DNA of 64,000 nucleotides from a bacterium (GTDB lineage: Bacteria > UBA8248), in NCBI GenBank assembly GCA_965219955.1, contig OZ244799.1:2752001-2816000 (forward strand), read 5' to 3'. The first letter of the stretch is position 1, and the number at the start of each line of letters is the position of its first letter. The notes beneath the pieces were generated by a model. It saw only the letters and a list, made by a program, of their open reading frames with translations, did not search any database and was not told where the DNA came from. This document shows, one piece after another, positions 28,030-38,374 of the stretch. The position numbers and the translations under genes are program-made.

Positions 28030-31000
28030 TTGATGCGCCCGAAAGAAATAATGGTAATGAGCAAAAAGGCGGATACCGGACCTCAAGGAAGTGGCGAGAA
28101 TGAGACGCACTCCTTGAAGGTCTCGAAGAAGGCATTACGTTTGAGGGTTGAACGAAGAGGTTTTGCGTCGCTCTTGTACGCGATACTGCGGCCTAAAGAC
28201 GCCAGGGCAGCTTTCGTGAATGAGCACTCGCTGAGCCTGATGCATGGGTCCGGATACACGGAAATTCCTATCGAGGACATCACGTCGGTCAAGGTCGAAA
28301 CCGGACAGTACTGGAGCCGCATACGCTTCCATCATACCGCAGGATCCGCAACTGTGTCGGGGCTGGAGCGAGATGCCATCAGGGCATTCGCCGAAGTGCT
28401 TGAGACCGCAAGGATATCGTGTTGGCGCCGGACACTGGCAACGCAGGTCATGCAGCTTCAATCGATACTTGAATACCAGGAACATCTCGCGAATCCGCCG
28501 GAGCACATGGCGAGCGTTTTCCTTGAGTTGAGACGCGATGCGGAAAAAGCGGTGAACCAATTCGCGGCTCGTTGGCCGAAGTCGTTGGCGAATGCCCCGG
28601 AAACCCGGCTACTGAAGAAGGTTCAAGACTTTCTGGAAAGCCCGGAGCTTCGGCGGGCGGAAGAAATCGCCAGAGTACGCTGGTGGCGTCGGAAGTTGGC
28701 GACGGAGATCGCAACGCTCCATTCGGTACTTGAGCGCCTGAAGCAACTCGCAAATCCCTCTGAATACCAAGCGAGCAGTATATTCCGTGATCTGAGACAA
28801 GATGCTGAGAAGGCGGTGGCTCAATTTGTGGAGCGTTGGCCCAAGTCATTGCCAAACGCCCCGGATTTCCTGGTAGTGAAGTCGATAAAGGAATTTCTGG
28901 AAGACCCGGAGCGTCTGCGCGCAGAAGTGAACAACACCTTCGTCGAAATGGAATTGAAGAGGTCACAAGGATTCTTCGACCGGATTGAGACCCGACCGCT
29001 TACCGAAGAGCAACGCCGGGCGGTCGTCGTGGATGAGGACCGAAACCTGGTGGTCGCCGCGGCCGGCAGCGGCAAGACCTCGGTGATCGTCGCCAAGGCC
29101 GGATGGCTTCTCCACAGGAAGTACCTGAATCCGTCGGAATTGCTGCTCCTGGCGTTTGCGAAAGACGCCCAGCAAGAGATGGAAGCAAGGGTCCGCAAGA
29201 GACTCGGTGACGAGGCGGCGCAAGGGATGACCGTCAGAACTTTCCACGGTCTGGGACTGGCGATCATTGGTGAGGCCGAAGGCAGGCGGCCGGCTTTGAC
29301 CAAGGCGTCCCAGGACGAAAACGCGCTGTTTAATCTGCTCAAGGACATCGTCAACGAACTGACAGAAGAGCGTAAATTCTTTGCAGACTTACTGAAGTGG
29401 TTCCAGTCGCAGTTCGCACTCTACCGGAGCGAGCATGAATTCAGTTGTTGGGGTGAGTATTGGGAGTATATCCGGAGGCACGAAATAATATCGCTCAAAG
29501 GCGAGAGGGTCCGGAGCTACGAGGAATGCGAGATTGCCAACTTCCTCTATCTAAACGGCGTGCCCTACGAATACGAACGCATTTATCAGCATGAGACCGC
29601 CACGCCCGAGAAGGGTCCATACAAACCGGATTTCTATCTGAACGAAGCCGGAATCTACATTGAGCATTTCGGCCTCGACGCTTCGGGAAACACTGCACCG
29701 CACGTCCCACGGGACAAGTATCTCGAAGAAATGGAATGGAAGCGCGCGATTCACGGAAAACACGGCACTATCCTCATCGAGACATTCAGCCATGAGCATA
29801 CCGCTGGCAAGCTGACCGAGAATCTGGCCGAGAAACTCCGCGCTCATGGCGTAACTCTGTCTCCCATACCCCGTGAAGAGTTCTTCACTGTGCTGAGCCG
29901 GGAGAAACGGATTGACCCTTTCATTCGCCTGTTGGCAACCTTTCTCAAGCACTTCAAGGGCGCGCGGCTTACTTTTCCTGAAGTAGCTCGACGGGCCGCA
30001 GGTCACAGGAACTCTTTGCGGGCTCAAGTCTTCCTCGCCTTGTTCCAGCCGGTCTTTGAGCGATATGAGGAAACACTCTCCGGCTCGGGACAGATCGATT
30101 TTCACGACATGATCTCCAGGGCGACGGACCATGTCGAGGCCGGACGCTATCAAAGCCCATTTGCCTGTGTCCTGGTCGACGAGTTTCAGGACATTTCGCC
30201 GGGCCGGGCGAGGTTGCTCAAGGCGCTCTTGGAGAAATCGCCTGGAGCCCGGCTGTTCGCCGTCGGTGACGACTGGCAGGCGATATACCGCTTCGCCGGC
30301 TCTGACATCGGAATCATGCGGGAATTCAAAGAGCATTTTGGCGACTACGAACGTATCGACCTGGGAACAACTTTTCGATGTGACGAGCGCATCGTCTCAG
30401 TCTCTAACAAATTCATCGTGCGCAACCCTGCGCAGATTCCCAAGACGGTTGCTTCGCCGCATCGGGCGGACGGCCCTTGTGTCCATGTCGGTCTTCCTGG
30501 TGAGCAACGGCTTCCCCTGTTAAACGAGACGCTCGACAAGATTGCCGAAGAGGCCAGTGCTTTCGGGGAAAAATCGAGCGTGCTGTTGCTCGGCCGCTAC
30601 AATCACACGCGACCGAAAAACTTTTCCGCACTCAACAGGATGTATCCGAATCTCTTGATTTCTTTCAAGACTGTACACCGATCCAAGGGCCTTGAGGCGG
30701 ATTACGTCGTGGCGCTCGACCTGTGTGCCGGAAAGCATGGTTTTCCGTCCGAGATCGACGACGAACCACTTTTCGATCTGGTTCTCTCGACGCCCGAAGG
30801 GTATCAGAATGCGGAGGAGCGGCGCCTGTTCTACGTCGCCCTCACCCGTGCGAGACGCCGTGTCTTCCTGCTTGCCGAGGGTGGTCCGATTTCTCCCTTC
30901 ATTACGGAACTGATTGAGGATGGATACGGCGTCACCGTCTTTGGCCGAGCGCCGGAGGACGACGTTTCCTGTCCTGTATGCATAAAGGGACATCTCGTGC

Positions 31001-31275
31001 TGCGCGAAAGGAAAAGAAACGGCGGCAATTTCTATGGTTGTTCGAACTTTCCTTATTGCGAGCATGCGCAGAGACCGTGCCCGCTTTGCGGCAAAGGGTT
31101 GCCGATTAAGGTAGGCAAAGCATTTCGCTGCCGAGATTGCGGCCAATCCATCGAGGCTTGCCCTGAATGCGAAGGCTGGTTACAGATGAAAAACGGTCAA
31201 TATGGTTCTTTTTGGGGATGTTCGAATTATCCTTCGTGCACATTCACCCGCGACCATAGGGAAAATAGTCAATGA
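28030..31275 (+). CDS. UvrD/HelD (helicase IV)-like SF1 helicase with inserted PD-(D/E)xK nuclease and C-terminal zinc ribbons
   Basis: AAAGSGKTS, LVDEFQD, VGDDWQAIY, HRSKGLE, EERRLFYVALTRAR; insert YKPDFYL...IEHFG; FYGCSNFPYC and FWGCSNYPSC ribbons. Start uncertain. Confidence 0.88.
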   Translation: MMRPKEIMVMSKKADTGPQGSGENETHSLKVSKKALRLRVERRGFASLLYAILRPKDARAAFVNEHSLSLMHGSGYTEIPIEDITSVKVETGQYWSRIRFHHTAGSATVSGLERDAIRAFAEVLETARISCWRRTLATQVMQLQSILEYQEHLANPPEHMASVFLELRRDAEKAVNQFAARWPKSLANAPETRLLKKVQDFLESPELRRAEEIARVRWWRRKLATEIATLHSVLERLKQLANPSEYQASSIFRDLRQDAEKAVAQFVERWPKSLPNAPDFLVVKSIKEFLEDPERLRAEVNNTFVEMELKRSQGFFDRIETRPLTEEQRRAVVVDEDRNLVVAAAGSGKTSVIVAKAGWLLHRKYLNPSELLLLAFAKDAQQEMEARVRKRLGDEAAQGMTVRTFHGLGLAIIGEAEGRRPALTKASQDENALFNLLKDIVNELTEERKFFADLLKWFQSQFALYRSEHEFSCWGEYWEYIRRHEIISLKGERVRSYEECEIANFLYLNGVPYEYERIYQHETATPEKGPYKPDFYLNEAGIYIEHFGLDASGNTAPHVPRDKYLEEMEWKRAIHGKHGTILIETFSHEHTAGKLTENLAEKLRAHGVTLSPIPREEFFTVLSREKRIDPFIRLLATFLKHFKGARLTFPEVARRAAGHRNSLRAQVFLALFQPVFERYEETLSGSGQIDFHDMISRATDHVEAGRYQSPFACVLVDEFQDISPGRARLLKALLEKSPGARLFAVGDDWQAIYRFAGSDIGIMREFKEHFGDYERIDLGTTFRCDERIVSVSNKFIVRNPAQIPKTVASPHRADGPCVHVGLPGEQRLPLLNETLDKIAEEASAFGEKSSVLLLGRYNHTRPKNFSALNRMYPNLLISFKTVHRSKGLEADYVVALDLCAGKHGFPSEIDDEPLFDLVLSTPEGYQNAEERRLFYVALTRARRRVFLLAEGGPISPFITELIEDGYGVTVFGRAPEDDVSCPVCIKGHLVLRERKRNGGNFYGCSNFPYCEHAQRPCPLCGKGLPIKVGKAFRCRDCGQSIEACPECEGWLQMKNGQYGSFWGCSNYPSCTFTRDHRENSQ

Positions 31276-31591
31276 GCAAGATACCAACCCAGATGGTCGA
31301 TTCTATGAAGGGAACGAGAAGGTAGGGGAAAGGGAATCGTCCATTGGCAGAATGAGTCCTCATGATAGTTTGCTCTTTACCCTGAGTACCGCGTTCCATT
31401 GGCTTTGCCATGAGGGGGCAGCTATTTTGGCTGGCCTCGCTGCACTTGTGGTTGTTTTCGATTTGCGGTGTTTCACTGCTCAATGTACGAAGTTCGAGGG
31501 GGTCGGAAATTGCGGTAGCGTTTGATATCTTCGCCTTCGAAGCCTGGAGCCCGAGCTTGGAATCCATCACGAGGACAACCGACTAACTTCA

Positions 31592-32053
31592 TTATTCATC
31601 ATCTTCATTCAGATCCGATTCAAATGTCGTTTTCGGGAAGAGTATTTCATCAACGGCTTTCCACGGCGCGGTGGATGGTGGAACATTGCAGTTGTCCCGA
31701 AATGCCCGGTTGTGAAGATACAGGTTTTTGTCCTGGAGTCTTTTGAATTCTTCGCGCATGGCGGGATGACCTGAACTCATGACGACAAAACCCGATCCGA
31801 CTGCTCCGAGGAAAAGCATTATGCCAGCCATCATGGCAAGAGCACCTACCTCATTTGCGGTAATTCCATCCTGGCTGATGTTGATTTTGTGCCTTGCCCT
31901 GAATTCGGCGAAATCTCGATCGTTTGCCTCGATAAGCGTTTCGAGTTTGATGCAGGAGAGCTTTTTCGAGATTTCGGCAGAGAGACTTGCAGGCAAGCCG
32001 AAGCCATGAAGCACAAGAGCAAGCGCCATGATGCAGCAGACAGTTTTTCTCAT
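31592..32053 (-). CDS. Secreted/membrane hypothetical protein
   Basis: Signal-peptide-like N-terminus and an internal hydrophobic helix; TAATG coupling to the upstream gene. Confidence 0.55.
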   Translation of the reverse strand: MRKTVCCIMALALVLHGFGLPASLSAEISKKLSCIKLETLIEANDRDFAEFRARHKINISQDGITANEVGALAMMAGIMLFLGAVGSGFVVMSSGHPAMREEFKRLQDKNLYLHNRAFRDNCNVPPSTAPWKAVDEILFPKTTFESDLNEDDE

Positions 32054-33474
32054 TATCGTTTTCCCCCGAATGCGCCCGTTAGGTCCCGGCGTCTGAGAAC
32101 GCCTCCCATCCCCTCATGGTTTCTGCCGAAAAAAGCGCCAGTGACGTCACCTTCGTCCTTGCTCTCGTGTCCCCAGTTGTGGAAGCCGTTTTCCTGGATG
32201 TGGACGGTATACTCGAGATCTCCGTCTCCCCAGGTTTGGGTATTGTCGTATTCGAGATCAGAGAACGAAAGACCACCCGAGGTCAGATCGGCGAGTTGCA
32301 CGTCGAGCCTGGCGTCGCCGGTTATCTTACGCCCCGAGGAAGTGAAGCCAAGGAGCGTTCCCACCCATGTGGCGGTTTCCGGCAGGAGACGGTTGTCGCT
32401 CAGGTTTCCGGCCGGTCCCGGGCCGGTGGCCCATGGTTGGGCCATGCCGTTTCTCATAGAGACGCCGAAGGCGACCGTTTCTCCGGCTATGTCGAATTCT
32501 CCCCGGAGGTGAAACGAGACGCTTTCCCAGGGGCCGAGGTTTTCAGCGGTGATTTCACTTGCCGGCGTACCTGGCTCGAATCTGGCGTAGGTTGCGTGGA
32601 TCGCGTCCTTGTCGATTTCCCTGAGCAAAAACGTTCCCAAAAGCGGGATGAGAGCGTTGATTTGCGGGTTCATAATGGAAAGGGGGAAGCGCGTTGCGTC
32701 CGTGTGACTATAGAACCCCAGCGCGTGAAGCAGTTCATGGGCGATAACGGCCGTGAAATTGTCATGGTCTTCTCCCGTATCGATCAGGATGTGCGATGAG
32801 TGGGCTTCCTTTCGGTCCCTGGTGGTCCACCAACGCGCGATACCGAGCGTCGATGGCTCCGAATATGCCACTGCCGGCCATCTGTACTGGGGGAGAAACT
32901 CGACATGGATATTTCCGTAGGAAGGCGCGTCCGTCTGTTGGCCCGGGGCGTAGGACTCAGAAAAGGCGATTTGTTTATCATAAGGAAGGACGGAGTTGAC
33001 GATCCGCACCGCGTGCAGTGTGTCCGCAGCGTATTCATCGCTCGTTCCCTCCACGATGCTTACCGTCGGGGGGTTCTGAAACGTGGCGAGATATCCAGCG
33101 TCCGTGGTCATCTCGCGAAGATAGTCGACGATGTCGGCAGCATTTTCTCCGTCGACAACTCGGCCTTCGTAAAGTCGAACACCATTTGCCAAACCAGTGC
33201 TTCGGAGGTTTTCGGCAGGGGCGCCCCCACTCGTTCCGATGTGGGTGATAATTCCCAGACCCAAAACATTCCATACCGGGCCCGGCAAATTATGTGAAAT
33301 GTGGGGCTGCTCCGGCATCGGTGCAGGTTCTGATACTTCCGGCATCCGTGCCGGTTCCGCGACCGAGACTCTTGAGGCGCCACCTTCCCCGCCGCAGCCG
33401 GTAGCCATGAACGCCACGAAGACCATAAGGAGAAGTATTGAAAGTACTGCAACAAGTTTGCGTTTGGTTTTCAT
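32053..33474 (-). CDS. Surface lipoprotein with zinc metallopeptidase domain and C-terminal transferrin-binding-protein-like barrel
   Basis: Lipobox ATGC; HELLHALGFYSH plus SIM Met-turn; C-terminal GDVTGAFFG...GMGG...TGAFGGKR. Confidence 0.72.
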   Translation of the reverse strand: MKTKRKLVAVLSILLLMVFVAFMATGCGGEGGASRVSVAEPARMPEVSEPAPMPEQPHISHNLPGPVWNVLGLGIITHIGTSGGAPAENLRSTGLANGVRLYEGRVVDGENAADIVDYLREMTTDAGYLATFQNPPTVSIVEGTSDEYAADTLHAVRIVNSVLPYDKQIAFSESYAPGQQTDAPSYGNIHVEFLPQYRWPAVAYSEPSTLGIARWWTTRDRKEAHSSHILIDTGEDHDNFTAVIAHELLHALGFYSHTDATRFPLSIMNPQINALIPLLGTFLLREIDKDAIHATYARFEPGTPASEITAENLGPWESVSFHLRGEFDIAGETVAFGVSMRNGMAQPWATGPGPAGNLSDNRLLPETATWVGTLLGFTSSGRKITGDARLDVQLADLTSGGLSFSDLEYDNTQTWGDGDLEYTVHIQENGFHNWGHESKDEGDVTGAFFGRNHEGMGGVLRRRDLTGAFGGKR

Positions 33475-33806
33475 TTCACCATTTTGATCTTTCTTCCAAG
33501 TATAAAATGCCTATTTCAGGTAAGGTGGAGCTTACGATGTCTGCAAATCCATTTTCAACCTTATGGTGCGATGAATGATAAGTGGTCGTGCGGAACTCGT
33601 ATTCGAGCCAGATCATTTGGCTACCTCAGTCTCGACCTAAGGCGATAGGCACGCATAGTGTTGGCTTGGGCCGGTCTTGTCGCCATTTTCAACTTTGAGA
33701 AAAGTTGTAGTACATTCCTCGATCATTAGGGCCAGGGTAGGTGGCGTGTCACTAGCGGGGAGGAACCTGAGTTATGGCCATTATAAGGTTCGCGCAAGAA
33801 CCCAAA

Positions 33807-34220
33807 ATGTTCACTAGAATCATTCTCACAGTTGCTGCCTGCGGTGCGCTTACATTTCTGGTCGCCTGCGGTGGAACGATCGATGGCGTGGTAAGGGGCG
33901 AAGGAAGTCGCGTAACGTTCCTGTACAAACAGGGGATAGATCGCGACTTCTACGAGGCGACAATTGACGGTGAGCATTTCAAGGGGCAAGCAGTCCAGGC
34001 TGACACGCGAACCGGTTCAGGTATCGGTTTTTTCCGCGGAACAACAGTCCCCGTCATTACATCATCGACCAGTGGAAATTTCGTGGCTGTAATGTTTGGT
34101 GACAGAGGCTCCACGATACGCTGCAAAATGAACTATGCTGACAGTTCCGGGTTCACTTCGATGGGAGGGGTCGGAATTTGTCAACACAGCGACGGCCGCA
34201 TTATTGATGTAATGTGGTAG
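33807..34220 (+). CDS. Small lipoprotein, hypothetical
   Basis: Lipobox LVAC; beta-rich with two further Cys residues. Confidence 0.65.
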   Translation: MFTRIILTVAACGALTFLVACGGTIDGVVRGEGSRVTFLYKQGIDRDFYEATIDGEHFKGQAVQADTRTGSGIGFFRGTTVPVITSSTSGNFVAVMFGDRGSTIRCKMNYADSSGFTSMGGVGICQHSDGRIIDVMW

Positions 34221-34565
34221 AAAAGGATTCAATATAACTACGTACTCGTTTGATGAAACCCTCCTAGCCTCGACATTTGAAATTATCATACTCGGTGGAG
34301 GCAACGGCGTTTTGGTCGACGCCGGAAGTGGTATTGCGCAGGAATATCCGATCAAAGGAACTGTTCTTATCGAACCTGAGGGTTCAGTTCCCGATGATTT
34401 CAAAGAACAATACTTGGAATTGAAAAAAATTAGCCGAGAATGTGACGTCGTGTTTTCTGTCGAAGCGTCGTGTTGCTATAGTGTTGACAACTAATCTTTA
34501 TTGAATTATTTGATTAAATAAAACAAATATATTCAATATCTTATATCGAATATAAATTATTAAAC

Positions 34566-34578
34566 ACATGTTTGAGAA
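34566..34578 (+). repeat. attR core ACATGTTTGAGAA
   Basis: Identical to 2962-2974; preceded by a very AT-rich arm (34490-34565) and followed by GC-rich ssb coding sequence. Confidence 0.88.
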
Positions 34579-34810
34579 GCACGCGAAGAAGGGCCGCCTG
34601 GTCTATGTCGCGGGCAAGCTCCAGACCCGCCGCTGGAAGAAGGACGATGAGGACTCGGACCGGTTCTCGACCGAGATCCTTATCGCGCCGGGCGGACGCG
34701 TGCAGTTCCTGGACAAGGTGAACGGGAACGGCAACGGAAACGGCGCGCACGCCGAGACGGCGGACGTGGTGGCCACTGCGGGCGTAGTGGGCGAAGACAT
34801 TCCATTTTGA
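34568..34810 (+). pseudogene. ssb: 3' half of the interrupted ssb
   Basis: MFEKHAKKGRLVYVAGKLQTRRW...EDIPF continues the 2766 fragment in frame. Confidence 0.92.
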
Positions 34811-34819
34811 GCGCTTCAT

Positions 34820-34853
34820 GGGCCGGCGCCTCGCGCGTCGGCCCTTTTCTTTT
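34820..34853 (+). terminator. Intrinsic terminator after ssb
   Basis: GGGCCGGCGC...GCGTCGGCCC stem followed by TTTTCTTTT. Confidence 0.75.
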
Positions 34854-34854
34854 G

Positions 34855-35150
34855 CTCGTTATCCAGAGGAAGTCCGCCCTGCCGGCCCTCTCCTCTACCG
34901 GGAACACCCGGTCAATCCTCCGGTTCCGTGAACGATGAACCGTGTTCACGGAAGATCGGCATGCACCCTGCAATCATCCCATGTTCAAGATAGTGGCTCG
35001 ATCTACCCCCCGCTGCGGGAATTTCGGGCCGGAAAAGACGGCCCGAAATGACCCTTTCCGCAGCATGAGAGACTGTTTCCCGATGAGCTTCGCCTTCATC
35101 GTGAAACACCAAAGGCTCTTGTGTCCCGGTGGCGGTACTACCCTCTCTCT
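34855..35150. ncRNA. Candidate structured RNA or ssDNA element (second copy)
   Basis: Stems TTCCGTGAAC/GTTCACGGAA, GCTGCGG/CCGCAGC enclosing ATTTCGGGCCG/CGGCCCGAAAT, and CGATGA/TCATCG. Confidence 0.35.
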
Positions 35151-35341
35151 CTTAGCGTCCTCATTTTAGCACGCACGGCGCGGGGTCAAGGGTGCTTTTG
35201 CAAAGAACGCAAAAGCATCTTTTTTTCAGAAAAAATCGGTGAAGCGTGGATTTTTTCCGCTGCGCGCCCTCCGGGTGAAAAAAAGACTGAAAACCGCCCC
35301 TGACGCCCACGCCTACCACGTGCTGAAAATGGGGCGCTAAG
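35151..35341 (-). promoter_or_regulatory. Frpo-like ssDNA promoter hairpin (outer)
   Basis: Arms 35151-35194 and 35295-35341 are complementary; the minus strand reads TTGACC-N15-TAAAAT with extended TG. Confidence 0.6.
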
Positions 35342-35377
35342 AAGCGCATCCGTTAACTCTCTACGAAGGAGAAAGGC

Positions 35378-35752
35378 ATGGAAACCACCGTGGTGAACCT
35401 GAATGACTATGTTGCACCCGAATTCGGCGGCGGCTTGCTGGTCAGGATCGACCGCATGACTAAGTGGGGAAACCCCTTCCGCATCGGCCAGGACGGCGAG
35501 CGCGCCGACGTGATCGAGAAGTACCGGCAATGGCTGTGGAGAAAAATCCGGCAGGGGGAGATCGATCTCTACGAACTCGCCGACCTTCAAGGCTGCGAAC
35601 TCGGCTGCCACTGCCATCCCCTCCCGTGCCACGGCGACGTACTCGCACGCGCCGCCGAGTGGGCCGCCGGGTATCTCGACGAGATGCCGAAAGAAGTGGG
35701 GCGCAACGAGCGTGGCTACGCTCTTCCCGAATTCAACCATCCCCTCGCTTGA
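35378..35752 (+). CDS. DUF4326 domain protein
   Basis: KWGNPF and LGCHCHPLPCHGDVL; near-identical to 24039-24410. Confidence 0.85.
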   Translation: METTVVNLNDYVAPEFGGGLLVRIDRMTKWGNPFRIGQDGERADVIEKYRQWLWRKIRQGEIDLYELADLQGCELGCHCHPLPCHGDVLARAAEWAAGYLDEMPKEVGRNERGYALPEFNHPLA

Positions 35753-35773
35753 GGACAACGAAAGGAGTGAACG

Positions 35774-36727
35774 ATGAACGCCACCACGACATACAAGGAG
35801 AGCATCATGCACGAGGTCGACAACATCGAAGCGCAGAACGAATCCTTCACCGCCATGGTCTGCGAACAGGCCGCGCTGTTCGGCGCGACCCCCGGACCCG
35901 ACGAGTTCGACAACCGGCCCGTCTGGGGCGAGGCGGAGTCCACCGCCGCCGTCCTCAAGGCATTCCACCTGCTCGCCGAGGCAGCGCCCGACGGCACGCA
36001 ACTGGCCGATGAGCGAAGAAACCTCCTGTGGGGCTTCGTCAACACCCTCGACGCCCAGACACAGCGCCTCGACCGCGCCGCCGACAAACTCATCCCCGGC
36101 ATCCGTGAAATGCAGCGCGAGCAGGACGGCTCCGAGATCCGCTCCCGCGAACTCGAACTCGCCACCGACCGGGCCGAGAACCTCTCCGCCCGCCGCGACG
36201 CCTTCGAGGTGCTGCGCGACACGGCCGCCGAGGCCTACCGCGTCGAGACCGGCGAGGTATGGCGGCCCAGGAGAGGATCGCACGTCAGCCAGACCGGCAA
36301 GCTCACGTCGGCGGTGATCGAGGCGCGCGACTTCCAGCGCGCGAAAAAGGACCGCGAGAACACGGCCCACCTCCCCCAGGGAACCCTCGTCGCCGTCGCG
36401 GGAGGCAAGGAAGCCACCGACGCCGGCAGGATCATCGGCCAGCTCGACAAGCTGAAAGCCAAGTACGCCGACGTCGTCCTCGTCCACGGCGGCGGCCCCG
36501 GCGCCGAGAAGGTCGCGGCCGGCTGGGCCGAGCGGAACGGCGTCCACCAGATCGTCTGCAAGCCCGACTGGGACGCCCACGGCAGGGCCGCTCCCTTCCG
36601 GCGCAACGACGAGCTTCTCTCCCTCCTCCCCAAGGGCGTGATCGCGTTCCCCGGCTCGGGCATCACCGACAACCTCGTCGACAAGGCCCGAAGCCTGGGC
36701 ATCCCCGTCCAGCGCGTCGCCGCATAG
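35774..36727 (+). CDS. DUF2493 (YspA-related SLOG) domain protein
   Basis: Near-identical to 23085-24017. Confidence 0.8.
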   Translation: MNATTTYKESIMHEVDNIEAQNESFTAMVCEQAALFGATPGPDEFDNRPVWGEAESTAAVLKAFHLLAEAAPDGTQLADERRNLLWGFVNTLDAQTQRLDRAADKLIPGIREMQREQDGSEIRSRELELATDRAENLSARRDAFEVLRDTAAEAYRVETGEVWRPRRGSHVSQTGKLTSAVIEARDFQRAKKDRENTAHLPQGTLVAVAGGKEATDAGRIIGQLDKLKAKYADVVLVHGGGPGAEKVAAGWAERNGVHQIVCKPDWDAHGRAAPFRRNDELLSLLPKGVIAFPGSGITDNLVDKARSLGIPVQRVAA

Positions 36728-36941
36728 GACGTTCGACACGGCGGGTCGCATCACCACACAGGCGGTGCGGCCCGTCGCCTCTCTCCTCGATCATTCCACC
36801 GCTCCTCTCCTGGTTGCTCCACACGCCTCCGACCGCTCAGTCGCCGCGGCGGCTCCCGCTCGTTATTCTCGCCGGCGCCGGTTCCCCCATCTCTCGTTCT
36901 CACGAATTCGGCAATCTGACGCCATTCGGCGGCTCGGGTTG

Positions 36942-37027
36942 TACACCCCACGCAGCGGGCTGCAGGGTGCAGGTCAATCGTGCGCCAAGCATGTCGTTCC
37001 TTGCTCAAACGCCGTCAAATACCGCCC
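36942..37027 (-). other. oriT of the outer element; predicted nic between 36943 and 36942
   Basis: Minus strand reads GCAGC-CC-GCTGCGTGGGGTGT; conserved block shared with 22721-22806. Confidence 0.8.
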
Positions 37028-37258
37028 AGCTTTTGTTGGGAGAGCGAATGTCGATCGGCATACGCCCCGATCTCATTGAAATCCCTTCACTTCGAACCTC
37101 GCGCATGTCAATCGACATTCGCTGGAAACAGCGCCCCTCCTCCATGTATGCTGATCGGAATTCGCCGCCCGGGCCGCAAGGAACACCCGTGGCCGGCCGT
37201 TTCACGGTCCGGGTTCTATCGATTTACGGGTCCGAATCATGTGCATGGAGGATGGGAA

Positions 37259-37645
37259 ATGATGAGCGGAATCGACCAAAAACCGACCGGAGACGATGCC
37301 GACACGGAAGAAAAACAAAGCCAGGCGCGCACGTCGAGGACCATCCGCTTCTCCGATCCCGAATGGGAACGGGTCGAAATCGCCGCCAAGCGGCGCGGAG
37401 TCACTGCCGCCGAGTTCATTCGCAACGCCGCTTTGGCGCTCGCCGGAGAAGAAACCAGCGTGGATTCTGGCCCGATGCCATCCGGAATCGCCGCGCAGAT
37501 CGATCGCATCTATCGTGGGGTCTACTTCCTTTCCACGCTGAAGCGGGATGAATTGCTCCGGGAAGGACGCAAGAATGAGCTCGACCGGGTCATGAAAGAC
37601 GCCCGCGAGTCGCAGGCTGCGTTCCTGGACGATACATCAAAATGA
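37259..37645 (+). CDS. Ribbon-helix-helix protein, probable relaxosome accessory factor
   Basis: RTIRFSDPEWERVEIAAKRRGVTAAEFIRNAAL; homolog of 22108-22491. Confidence 0.75.
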   Translation: MMSGIDQKPTGDDADTEEKQSQARTSRTIRFSDPEWERVEIAAKRRGVTAAEFIRNAALALAGEETSVDSGPMPSGIAAQIDRIYRGVYFLSTLKRDELLREGRKNELDRVMKDARESQAAFLDDTSK

Positions 37646-38374
37646 GATAATACCCTCCCACATCTCCTTCCCGAGCGTCCCTCTCAGGGGGGATCATCGT
37701 CAAGCCTGCGGTATTTTTGTAGCAAAACCGCACTCGACAAGCGGAGAAATCGAGACAGGCTTACCGAATTTTCTCTTTCTCTCATGTCTCCCGCGCTGAA
37801 ATGAACTCGAACAGGTCTGCCTGATCGGGCGTCTACCCGCTAGGCGATGAATGTGGTTTCCCCTAGTTATAGAACTTCAGGTAGCGTTCGAAACTGGCAT
37901 GGACTCTCGAAACACTGTCATAAGCCTGCAGGTAGACCCCTCATACTTGTTCATACGCCAGAACCGCTCGAAGAAGAAGTTGTCCTGTCAGGATGCTAGT
38001 ACCCACGTCCGTAAATTGCGTGTCGCCGGAGCTTTTGATGCGCATTCTAGAGGGAATCTGTAAGGAGGGATCGCCTATCGTCAAGTGGCGGGGCTGTTGG
38101 CCAACCCCTCCCCAGTATGGTGTGAACCTGGGCTATTCGTGGGTGGAGAGTGCCCAAATGATAGCTTAATTCGGGCCGTGAACCGTATCAACGAACAGTT
38201 CGGCCGTCACTCCATAGACTAGGGCCTGTGCGTCGGGTAGCATCCGGCAGCAGGCCAGAATAAGGCCTGCCATTCTTAATCTGAAATAGATGAGATCAAA
38301 TGATAAATATTGTAGAGTTCAATGCCAAGCGAGTAATATTGAGCAGCATCCGTTCAACTGCAGAGATGGATCTG

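Larger units (their letters stand above)
2962..34578. mobile_element. Inner IME (~31.6 kb) integrated into ssb of the outer element
   Basis: Terminal direct repeats, integrase at the left end, relaxase, coupling protein and oriT inside. The flanks rejoin into an intact ssb frame. Confidence 0.9.

Noticed and set aside
34568-34810. 3' ssb half as an independently expressed gene
   Set aside because: The ATG is the internal Met of the att core, there is no RBS, and half the OB fold is missing.
37851-38063. 70-aa ORF, possibly an antisense IS remnant
   Set aside because: No motif could be assigned with confidence.
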